Both the position numbers and the translations under genes were made by a program. The notes below the pieces were generated by a model. It did no database searches, had not been told where the DNA came from, and saw nothing but the letters and a program-made list of their open reading frames with translations. This document shows positions 23,846 through 34,712 of a stretch of DNA of 45,537 nucleotides, piece after piece (position 1 is the first letter of the stretch; each line of letters begins with the position of its first letter). Origin of the DNA: Chiloscyllium plagiosum (taxonomy: Eukaryota); the NCBI RefSeq assembly GCF_004010195.1, contig NW_025215213.1:27594-73130 (forward strand), in the 5' to 3' direction.

Positions 23846-25426
23846 GTATTCACACTGAAAAAAGACAGTTTTGACGAGGAGAATACTGTGATACAGACTA
23901 CAAGACTACTTGGGATTGAGGTTCACAAGGAGGAGGTGTTAGTAATTCTGGAAAGTATGAAAATAGATAAGTCCTCTCGATCGGCTGGGATTTATCCTCA
24001 GATTCTCTGGAAAGCCAGGTAGGAGATTGCAGAGCCTTTGGTTTTGATTTTATGTTATCATTGTCGACAGGAATTATACCAGAAGACTGGAGGATAGCAA
24101 ATGTTGTCCCCTTGTTCAAGAAGAGGGGGTAGAGACAACCCTGGTAACTGTGAGCCTTACTTCAGTTAGGGATAAAGTGTTGGAAACGTTTACAAGAGAT
24201 AGGATTTATAATCATCTTGAAAGGAATAGGTTGATTAAGGATAGTCAACATGGTTTTGTGAAGGGTAGGTCATGCCTCACAAACCTTATTACGTTCTTTG
24301 AGAAGATGACCAAATAGGTGGATGAGGATAAATCAGTTGATGTGGTGCATATGGATTTCAGTAAGGTGTTTGATAAGGTTCCCCACAGTAAGCTATTGGA
24401 CAAAATACAGAGGCATAGGATTGAAGACAATATAGCGGTTTGGATCAGAAATTGGCTAGCTGAAAGAAGACAGAGGGTGGTGATTGATGGGAATTGTTCA
24501 TCCAGGAGTTCAGTTACTAGTACCACAAGATCAATTTTGGGGACACTGCTGTTTGTCATTTATATAAATGACCTGGATGAGGGTGTAGAAGAATGGTTTA
24601 GTAAATTTGCAGATGACACTAAGGTTGATAGAGTTGTGGATAGTGCTGAAGAACGTTGCAGGTTAGAGAGGGACATAGATAGGTTGCAGAGCTGGGCTGA
24701 AAGGTAGCAAATGGAGTTTAATGTGGAAAAGTGTGAGGTGATTCACTTTAGAAGGAGTAATAGGAATGCAGAGTACTGGGTGAATGGTAAGATTCTTGGT
24801 AGTGTAGATGAGCAGAGAGATCTTGGTGTCCATGTCCATAGATCCCTGAAAGTTGCCATCCAGGTTGATAAGGTTGTTGAGAAGGCATACAGTGTTTTAG
24901 CTTTTATTAGTAGAGGGATTGAGTCTCGTAGCCATGAGGTCATGTTGCAGCTGTACAATACTCTGGTACGGCTGCACTTGAAGTATTGCATGCAATTCTG
25001 GTCACCGCATTATAGTAAGGATGTGGACGTTTTGGAAAGGGTTCAGAGGAAATTTAGTAGGATGTTGCCTGATATGGAGGGAAGGTCTTATAAGGAAAGG
25101 CTGAGGGACTTGAGGTTGTTTTCATTAGAGAGAAGAAGGTTGAGAGGTGACTTAATTGAGACATATAAGATAATCAGAGGGTTAGATAGGGTGGACAGGG
25201 AGGATCTTTTTCCTTGGATGGTGATGGCTAACATGAGGGAACACAGGTTTAAATTGAGGGGGATAGATATAGGAGAGATGTCAGAGGTAGTTTCTTTACT
25301 CAGAGAATAATAGGGGTGCGGAACACACTGCCTGCAATAGTAGGGCATTTAAGGGCATTTAACTGGTCATTGGAAAGGCATATGGATGAAAATGGAATAG
25401 TGTGGGTTAGATGGGCTTCAGATTGG

Positions 25427-26774
25427 TTTCACAGGTTGGTGCAACATTGAGGGCCGAAGGGCCTATACTGCTCTGTAATGTTCTGTGTTCTTTGTTCTAT
25501 ATTCACAGTGACCAATTTGGATGAACACCAACTTGTAAGTTTTGTTACAGGTCAGATAACTCCTTGGTGCAAAATTGATCCAAGTTCATGCTTCGCTTTC
25601 TGTAAAATATTTGAGGATCTTGCCTTGGGGTGAATAGATACACTGGCTTCAAAAACAAAAGTTGCTCAAAAAGCTGAGCAGGTCTGGCAGCATCTGTGAA
25701 TGTTCAATGTGAAGTTTGTTTTATGTTTGAATTCAAACAGTTACATTTGTTCAGATAATTTCCCTCAGAAATGCCCCTAAATATCTTTTTACTTCTTAAA
25801 TTTTTGAATGCTACTTGTTTTGAAGGGTTTGTTTTTTAGTTTACAAACAGAGCTTTTACAAAAACATTCATCTTTAAACATCTCCTCCATTATATTAGGA
25901 TGGCATTTCACAGGTTGGCGCAACATTGAGGGCCGAAGGGCCTGTACTGCTCTGTAATGTTCTGTGTTCTTTGTTCTATACTCACAGTGACCAATTTGGA
26001 TGAACACCTACTTGTAAGTTTTGTTACAGGTCAGATAACTTCTTGGTGCAAAATTGATCCAAGTTCATGCTTCGTTTTCTGTAAAATATTTGAGGATCTT
26101 GCCTTGGGGTGAATAGATACACTGGCTTCAAAAACAAAAATTGCTCAAAAAGCTGAGCAGGTCTGGCAGCATCTGTGAAGAGAAATCAGAGTTAACGTTT
26201 TGGGTCCAGTGAGCCTTCCTCAGGCTTGGCTTGATAAATTGACCTGTACACAATGTGATTTGGTAAGCTGATTTTAGTTTCCAAGATCTCCAAGTTGTTG
26301 TCATAATTCTGTCCTGAATTCTTTCTGGAGGCCTTGGCTCCAAAGTTCTTCTGTTTTGGAGATGAGTTATAGATCTGCCCATCCTCATTCTGGATCATGC
26401 ATAAAATTTCTGAAATATTCCTTTCTTTTTACTGAAGTGTTTCGGTCATCAGCCCCTTAACTTGAAGTTTTATGTTTCTTGGATTATGAAGTTGTCTCAT
26501 TGATGACTAGGGGAATTCTTGCTTTAATTTATTTTGTGTCAAAAAGAACTGAAATGCCTGCTCCAATGTTCAATGTGAAGTTTGTTTTATGTTTGTATTC
26601 AAACAGTTACATTTGTTCAGATAATTTCCCTCAGAAATGCCCCTAAATATCTTTTTACTTCTTAAATTTTTGAATGCTACTTGTTTTGAAGGGTTTGTTT
26701 TTTAGTTTACAAACAGAGCTTTTACAAAAACATTCATCTTTAAAACATCTCCTCCATCATATTAGGATGGCATT
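25427..26774 (+). repeat. Local tandem duplication with internal deletion (A-B / A'-C-B')
   Basis: 25427-25700 matches 25906-26179; 25699-25907 matches 26565-26774; a few substitutions between copies. Confidence 0.92.
26130..26224 (-). mobile_element. Short PLE-type pLTR fragment with decayed hammerhead (family 3)
   Basis: Minus strand CCTGAGGAAGGCTCACTGGACCC(A)AAACGTTAAC..GATGCTGCCAGACCTGCT; related to 33170-33270 and 33786-33911. Confidence 0.7.
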
Positions 26775-27187
26775 CTTGGCAGGACAATATACAAAGTAAT
26801 ATACACTACAGCAAGGACAGGGGTTATGGTGATACCATACAATCTTTGTGCTTTTCCCAACTTTTGTGTCTGTGTGTTTCCATTCTGGTGCACAGTGTAA
26901 CTATTTTCCCCATGAAGTAACCTATCACCTTGAAAAGCAGTCTCCTGCTACCCTGGACAATTGAACATCCTGCAGTAATGTTAAATGCTCCCTCAATTTC
27001 AGAAAAATAGATAATGTCTGTTACTATGAAAAGTCAGTTCTGAATTTATTCACCTTTTTGGGTTTTGTATTTGCAATGTTCAGTTGATGTTATTAGCCAT
27101 TAACCATAGTCTGGTTGTAAGTACGCTTATTAAATTTTGCCCACTCTATAATAGTGCTGCTCTGAAGGCTAAATATTTTGTTATTTG

Positions 27188-27410
27188 TTCACAAGATGTG
27201 ACTGGGCCAAAAGTTATTGCCCATCCTCGATTGACCTTGAGAAGATGATGCTGAGCTGCCTTTTTTGAACAGCTGTAGTCCATGCAGTGTGGATGCACCC
27301 ACAGAGCTGTTAGGTAGGGAGCTCCAGGATTTTGACACAGCGACGGTAAAGGATCGCCTGATATATTTCCAACTCAGGATGGTAAGGGGGTCAGTTGGGG
27401 ATTTAGAGGG
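27188..27410 (-). mobile_element. 3' end of an older CR1/L2-type LINE
   Basis: RSFTVAVSKSWSSLPNS..GLQLFKK; 3' UTR resembles the tails of the SINEs at 31111 and 38047. Confidence 0.65.
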
Positions 27411-27927
27411 TGCATCAATTGCTTTTATGACTTGTCTGTACAGCCATTTCTTCATTAACTCCCTGTCTGTGCAGGATATTGACTATATTGTTGCCTATGG
27501 TGTATAGAAGGTTACTGACCTGCTCTTTACAATGCTTCTCAGCTGGTCCTGAAGCAATACTGTACTTTTGAAACTACAGGACCAGCCAAGCCATTTCGCA
27601 GCTTAATTTGGGGCTGCTATGCAATCAAGAAACTCTAGTAGTAAGACATTTTATTCCTCTGCAATGGTTAACTGCACATCAGCATTTTGATCATTAATAT
27701 AAATCAAGCAAAGCAAGGGTCCAAAAGTTATCTCCTGAGGAACTCCACTGCAAATCTTCATCCAGCCTGAAAGATATCCATTAAGCATTACTTACTGTTT
27801 GTTGTCATTCAGCCAATGTTTGCATCCATATTGCTACTGTCTGTTTTATTTCATGAGCTACAACTTTCCTCATGAATCTGTTGTGTGAACTGTATTTAAC
27901 ACCTTTTAAAAGTCCCCACACACCAAA

Positions 27928-28935
27928 TAGAGTCAAAGATATTACAGCACAGAATCAGTCCAACTAGTCCATGCCAAACAGATATCCTAAATAAATCTAG
28001 TCCCATTTGCCAACATTTAGCCCAAATCCCTTTAAAGGAAAGATGTGGATGCTTTGGAGAGGGTTCAGAGGAAGTTTACCAGAATGCTGCCTGGACTGGA
28101 GGGCTTATCTTATGAAGGGAGGTTGACTGAGCTCAGATGTTTTTCATTGGAGAAAAGGAGGAGAAGAGGGGACCTAATTGAGATATATAAGATAATGAGA
28201 GGCATATATGGAGTCGATAGCCAGAGACTATTTCCCAGGGCAGAGATTGCTAGCACAAGGGGTCATAGTTTTAAGCTGGTTGGAGGAAAGTATAGAGGGG
28301 ATGTCAGAGGCGGGTACTTTACACAGAGTTGTGAGAGCACGGAATGCGTTGCCAGCAGCAGTTGTGGAAGCAAGGTCATTGGGGACATTTAAGAGACTGC
28401 TGGACATGCATATGGTCACAGAAATTTGAGGGCGCATACATGAGGATCAATGGTCGGCACAACATCATGGGCTGAAGGGCCTGTTTTGTGCTGTACTGTT
28501 CTATGTTCTTTGTTAAATCCTTCCTATTCATATACCCATCCAGATATCTTTAAATATTTTAATTGCACCAGCCTCCACCACTTTCTCTGGCAGCTCATTC
28601 CATTCATGCACCACCTTCTGGGTGAAAACGTTGCCCCTTACATCTCTTTTGTCTTTCCCCTCTCACCCTAAATCTATGCCCTCTAGTTTTGGACTCCTCC
28701 AACCTGGAAAAAGACCTTGTCTATTTACCCTATCCATGCCCCTCATGGTTTTATAAATGTCTATAAAGGTCACCCTTCAGCATCCGACACTCCAAGGAAA
28801 ACAGCCCCAGCCTATTTAGCCTCTCCCTATAGCTCAAACCCTCTAATCCTGGTAACATCCTTGTAAATCTTTTCTGAACTTCATCATGTTTCACAACATT
28901 TTTCCTACAACAAGGAGGCCAGAATTGCATGCAGT
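27928..28935 (-). mobile_element. HER1-like CR1 3' portion interrupted by a + strand CR1 (28037-28512, TTAAA TSD)
   Basis: TTAAA at 28032-28036 and 28513-28517; the host sequence rejoins across the insert. Confidence 0.88.
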
Positions 28936-29211
28936 ATCTTATCAACAGCATTATCTTCATCAATTCTTTCTCGTACCTTTTCAAAAGTAAACTAAGTTGA
29001 TTTTTCTTTAAGTCATACTGGTTCACTCTAATTAATCTATATTTGTCAACATGACTATTAGTTCTATCCTGAAATATACCACTAGAGTTACTCTGACTGG
29101 TCTGCAATTACTGAACTATCCTTAGAACGTTTGTTGAACAACATTTTCAATTCTGCAATCCTCTGTCTCCAATTCTGAGTTCAGGGAAGATTGAAACATT
29201 TCTTTTAAAAC

Positions 29212-29330
29212 CTATTTTTCTAATCAACCTGTTCAGTGATGTTATTACACACCACTGGAGCAGGTGGGTCTTAGACTCAGGCATTCTGGTCCAGGGGTAG
29301 GGACACTACCACTGTACCACAAGAGGGCCC
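29212..29330 (-). mobile_element. Short tRNA-derived SINE
   Basis: Minus strand GGGCCCTCTTGTGGTACAGTGGTAGTGTCCCT (A-box-like), degenerate B-box, A-rich end. Confidence 0.55.
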
Positions 29331-31110
29331 TTGCTAGTGCCCCTGAAATTGCCAATCTCATCTCCCTCTATCTTTCGATGCACCTCATCTGGTCTCATGA
29401 GAACATGAAAAGGAGCAAGAGTACACCACTCAGGCCCTCAAACAAGCTCTGCCATTCTGTAAGGTCAGGCTTCAACTCCTCTTTTGTGCCAGCCCCCCAG
29501 AGCCCTCAAATCCTCAATATTTCAAAAATCTACCTACCTCCTCTTAAATAGTTTATATGATGTAGCCGCCATAACTTTCCGGATGAGAGAATTCCAGATA
29601 TTCACTACTTTTTGGGTGAAGTAATTTCAGTTTTAGGTGTCATAGAGTCATTCAACACAGATACAGGCCCTTTGGCCTACCATATCTATTCCAGTCAACA
29701 AACACCAAACTACACTAATCCCATTTACCTGCACTTGATCCATAGCCTACTGTACTTTGGCATTTTAAGTGCTCATCGGAAGGATGTGATTGCACTAGAG
29801 AGGGTGCAGAGGCGACCAGAACTGCACACAGTATTCCATCTGTGGCCTAACTAATGTTTTATGAAGTTGTAACAAAACATTCTTGCTCCTATACTCTATT
29901 CGTGGATATTGAAGGCAAACATCTTGTATGCTGCTTTCACCACCATATCTAGTAGCACTGACATTTTCAGGGATCTAAGAACTTGTACTCAAAGATCCCT
30001 TTGTTCCTCAGTACTCCCTAGGGACCCACCATTCATTGTGTATATCCTTCTCTTATTAAATCTCCCAAAATGCATCACCTCACAATTGTCAGGATTAAAT
30101 TCCATCTGCCATTGTTCTGCCCTTTTTATCAGCTGATCAATATCAGACTGCAGCCTGAGACTATCCTTCTCAACAACATCCCAGTTCTTGTGTCACCTGA
30201 AAACTTACTAATTAAATCCTTTACATTCACATCCAAATCATTAATGAACATAACAAACAGCAAGAGTTCCAGCACTGATCCCTGTGGTACACTTTAGTCA
30301 AAGGCTTCCAATCATAAAATACCCCTCACCATCACTGTTTGCAAGCCAATTTTGGATCCAATTTGTCAACTTGCCTTGGATCCAACAGACTCTTGCCTAT
30401 TGGACCAGCCTTCAATGTGGGACCTTGTCAAAGGCTTTATTGAAGTCCATGTAAACCATAAGAACCTCATCAATCTGTTTAATCACTTTTTCAAAAAAAC
30501 TCAATTGACTTAGTCAGGTGGGATCTCTCTCTAACAAATCTGTGCTGACCATCTCTGATCAATCCCTACCTTTCCAATTGTTGATCAATCCTGTTCCTCA
30601 GAATTTCTCCCAATAAATTCCCTACCACTAATGTCAGAGTAACTGGTCTATAATTATCTGACCTATCTCTGCTGCCCTTTTTGAATAAAGGAACCACACT
30701 AGCTATCCTCCAATAGTCTGGCACTTTACCTATGGCTGGCAAAGTATTAAATATCTCTGCCAGGGCTCCAGCAATCTCTGCCTTTGCCCCCATTAGCAAC
30801 CTGGGATACATCTTATCAGGCCCTGGGGATTTATGCACCTAACTACCTACTAAAATATTTAATACCTCTTCCTCACTAATCTTAATGTGCTCTAGAACCT
30901 CACCACCCTAACTCCTAATACCAGCAGCCTATACAATGCCTCCTTTTTATCGATTTGAAACTCATCTAGTGACAGAGTTTCCTCATCTGTCACCACAGCC
31001 TGGCAGCATCTGTCTTGTACATAAAGGCAGATATAAAGTATTTATTTAATATCATGCCCACACCTCCATATGTAAATCTGCTTTTAGTCTCCAATCTGCC
31101 CGGCACTTCC

Positions 31111-31446
31111 TTTTTTTTAAATTCATTAATGGGATATGGGCAACACTGGCTGGACCAGCATTTATTTCCCATCTCTAATTCCCAAAGAGCAATTAAGAAT
31201 CAACCACATTGCTGTGGGTCTGGAGTCATATGTTGGCCAGACCAGGTAAGGATGGCTGTTTTGTTTTCTAAAGGACATTCCTGAGCCAGATGGACTTTTC
31301 CAACAATTGACAATGGCTCCATGGTCATCATTAGACTCCAAATTCTAGATTTTTACTGAATGACATGCCACAGTAGACTTCGATACCCCAAAACATTACC
31401 TGGGTCTCTCGATTAATAATCTAGAGATAATAACCACTAGGGCATC
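31111..31446 (-). mobile_element. tRNA-derived SINE, SacSINE1/Deu-domain-like
   Basis: Shares CAACCACATTGCTGTGGGTCTGGAGTCA..CATGGTCAT..TTAGACT with 38047-38320; AATAAATGCTGG tail on -; family name from recall. Confidence 0.65.
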
Positions 31447-31852
31447 ATTTTTACTCTTACCACCTTTTGCTATCTTTGTGCTCTCAAAGATTTTGAAATT
31501 TCCCTTCATGTTAGTTGTCAGTATTTTCCATAATCCCCCATTGCTTCTTGTATTTGATCTTTTAACCACCCTTCTTTATGTTCTTTTGATTCTCAGTTGC
31601 AGTGAGAATCTGACTGTGCAGACACCTGACACCTTTCTTCTTTATCATGTCCATCCCCGTTTTCATCCAGGAAACTCTAGAATTGTTTGTCTTTTCACAG
31701 TACCCAAACCAGTTCCATTTTGAAGGTAGTCCATTGTTCAGCTCCTGTTTCTCCCATAGCCTTTGGTTCCATTCTGTCCTTGCTCCATTGAACTTGATTC
31801 TCTTCTCACTCTGGATTGTCCACTGTCCTTTTCCACCGTCATCCTGAACCTT

Positions 31853-33029
31853 GATGTGGAGGTACTGGTGTTGGACTGAGGTGTACAAAGTTAAAAATCA
31901 CACAACACCAGGTTATAATCCAACAGGTTTATTTGGAAGCAGTAGCTTCCAGAGCACTGCTCCTTCATCAGGTAGCCGTGGAACAAGACCATAAGGCACT
32001 GAATTTATAACAAAAGATAACAGATTCATGCAACTGAAATGACATATTCAACAAACTTAGTTTGGTGTTAAGTCTTTCATCTTTTCGAATGGGTTGCAGG
32101 TTTTGGTTAATTAATATGTAAATCCCAGAACTTCTTTTAAGTCACATTCTCGAGATAACTTAAATTTTACTTTTAAAAAAGGTGACATCTCAGCTCAGAC
32201 AATGCATTTAAGGTGTGAGGTTAGAGTCTGTTTGTACCCAATCTTGGGTCAGACTGGTTCTATTTCCAAAGTGGAAATAGACTTCCCTACATTCTGTGTG
32301 TATGCTTGGTAAAGTGTGATGGAGTATAAGCCTGTGAGAGGGTGTGTGCTTGGTTGAGTGTGGGGGATGTATGCATGTGTGTATGAGAGAGAGCATGTGT
32401 ATGAGAGAGGGTCTGCGTGAGTGTGTGAGTAAGCATGCACACACGCAAACACTCATGCACACACACTCACTTGCACACACTAACACTCTCTCTCTGTGTC
32501 TCTCTCTCTCTCTCATGCAAGATCACACACATGTAAGTCTATGAGGTGAATTTGCATTTGCAGAATTATATTTGGAAAGACATTCTATTTTGCTGAAAAA
32601 GCGTACAATCCGCAGGCAGTCAATCCATGTTATATTTTGTAAATTCCACTTTGGATCTAGAACCAGGCTGACTCAAGATTGAGATACAGACAGACTCTAA
32701 CCTTACATCTTTAATGCATTATCTGAGCTCAGATCTCACCTTGTTTTATAAAACTTTAAGTTATCTTAGGAATGTGACTGGAAAGAAGTTCTGGGATTTA
32801 CATATTATTGCACCGAAACCTGTAACCCAATCTAAAAGATGAAAGACATACCAGCAATCTAGGTTTGTTCACTATATCGTTTCAATTGCATGGCACTGTA
32901 ATATTTTGCTATAAATTCTGTGTTATGATCCTGCTCCACTGCCACCTGATAAGGAGCAGCGCTCCGAAAGCTAGTGTTTCCAAATAAATCTATTGGACTA
33001 TAACCTGGTGTTGTGTGATGTTTAACTTG
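31853..33029. mobile_element. ~1.18-kb non-coding palindromic PLE-derived insertion with hammerhead motifs in both arms
   Basis: Long imperfect inverted arms centred near 32435; ATCCTGAACCTT duplicated at 31841-31852 and 33030-33041; ~35-nt one-sided tail 31853-31887; hammerhead motifs near 31943-31972 (-) and 32946-32973 (+). Confidence 0.85.
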
Positions 33030-33169
33030 ATCCTGAACCTTATGATACACTGATCACTTTCCTTTAAATGTTCCCCACTGACACTTGATCCCACTTGGCC
33101 CACCTAATTTCCAAGAACCAAGTCTAGCTGTGTCCCTTACTGGATTGCACTTATCAACATAGATAAAGG

Positions 33170-33911
33170 TAAACAAAAACAGAAATTGCTGGAAAAGCTC
33201 AGCAGGTCAGGCAGTGTCTGTGGACAGAAACCAGAGTTAACTTTTCAGGTTCAGTGACCCTTCCTCAGAACTCAGGTAAAGGTAAAGTTGCCACAGTCTT
33301 ATTGTAGGACTACTCTCCAAGAGAGAGATCACATGGGATGGTTTAACCTGAGGGTCACTATGCCCCAAGAAGTGGAGAGATTGGGAGGAGAGTCCTTCAG
33401 GATAACCTTTGCTGGTGTAGGAATTGAACCCACATTATTGGCATTATTCTGTATCAGAAATCAATCATCTGCCAATTGAGCTAATTATCCTCTTGTCATT
33501 GAGTCAAACTGCATGGAAACTTATCCATTCCCTAACTAAACTAGCCCCATTTGCCTGCATTTGGCCCATATCCCTCTAAAAGTTTCATATTCGTGTACCT
33601 GTCCAAATGTCTTATTTAATGTTGTAACTGTACCTGCATCTTCCACTTCTCTGGGAGTTCATTCCACATACAAACCACCCTCTATGTGAAAATGTTGTCC
33701 CTCAGGTCCTCTTTAAATCTTTCTCCTCTCACTTTAAACCTACATGGTTTCATCTGAATCCTTTAATTATAAATCAACCTTTCAAATGTTTCAGGTTCAG
33801 TGACCCTTCCTCACCTCTGTGCAAGGTCATTGGATCCAAAATATTAATTTTGATTTCTCTTCATTGATGCTGCCAGACCTGCTGATCTTTTCCAGCAGCT
33901 TCTGTTTTTGT
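33170..33911. mobile_element. Family-3 hammerhead-type pLTR arms (33170-33270 on -, 33786-33911 inverted pair) flanking a tRNA-SINE (33277-33485, -) and a CR1 3' end
   Basis: CTGAGGAAGGGTCACTGAACCTGAAA on -; inverted GATGCTGCCAGACCTGCTG..TTTTCCAGCA arm; SINE B-box GGTTCAATTCC on -. Confidence 0.65.
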
Positions 33912-33939
33912 CCCTACCACTAATTGTCTAAGTTCTGGC

Positions 33940-34710
33940 CTGGTTTGTCTTATTAAAATGCAATACCTCACATTTATCCAAATTAAACTCTATCTGCCAC
34001 TTCTTGGTCCATTGGCTCAATTGATCAAGATCTCATTGTAAACTTAGATGACCTTCTTCGCTATCCACTACACCATCAATTTTGATGTCATCTACAAACG
34101 TATTAACCATGCAAAAGAAAAACAATGGTGGATCAATCACTGATCCCTGCTGAACACCACTAGTCACAGGTCTCCAGTCACTTGACTGAATGGGCAAGAA
34201 ATTTGACAGATGAAGTATAATGTGGGGAAATGTGAAATTGTTCATTTTGGTGGGAAGGATTGAAGAAAATAAGTGTTATTTAAATGGAAAATTACTGCAG
34301 AATTGTAAGGTGCAGTGAGTGAATCAAAGAACAAAGAATAGTACAGGAATGGGCCCTTTAGCCCACCAAGACTGAACCGGCACATGATGCCTTTCTTAAC
34401 TAAAAACCTTTTGCATCTATGCAGTCCATATCCCTCTATTCCCTGCATATTCATGTATCTGTTAAGATGCCTCTAAAACATTGCTATTGTATCTGCCTCC
34501 ACCACCTCATCTGGCAGCACATTCAGGCATTTATGACCCTCTGTTTAAAAAACCTACCTCTCACATCTCTTTTAAACTTTTCCCCTTTTACCTTAAACCC
34601 AGAATGTCTAGTAATTGACATTTTTACCCTGGGAAAAAAAGACTCAAACTATCTGTTCTATTCATACCTCACATAATTTTGTCAACTTCTATCAGATCAC
34701 CCCTCATTGC
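33940..34710. mobile_element. Three small CR1 fragments in alternating orientation
   Basis: TSGVQQGSVI..FVDDIK on -; GKCEIVHFG on +; 3' tail on - at about 34325. Confidence 0.7.
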
Positions 34711-34712
34711 AG

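Larger units (their letters stand above)
22316..25500 (+). mobile_element. CR1 ORF2 (endonuclease to 3' tail) with nested SINE and solo LTR
   Basis: GRGVALLVK..GVFYKP; DFSKVFDKVPH; KFADDTK; LKYCMQFWSPH; TTCTGTG-TTCTTTG-TTCTAT tail. Confidence 0.9.
29395..33130 (-). mobile_element. Older CR1 ORF2 fragments hosting SINE and PLE insertions
   Basis: KSPGPDKMYPRLL..WRIASVVPLFKKG..YRPVTLT; endonuclease end (SDQCI-like) rejoins across 31853-33029. Confidence 0.75.
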
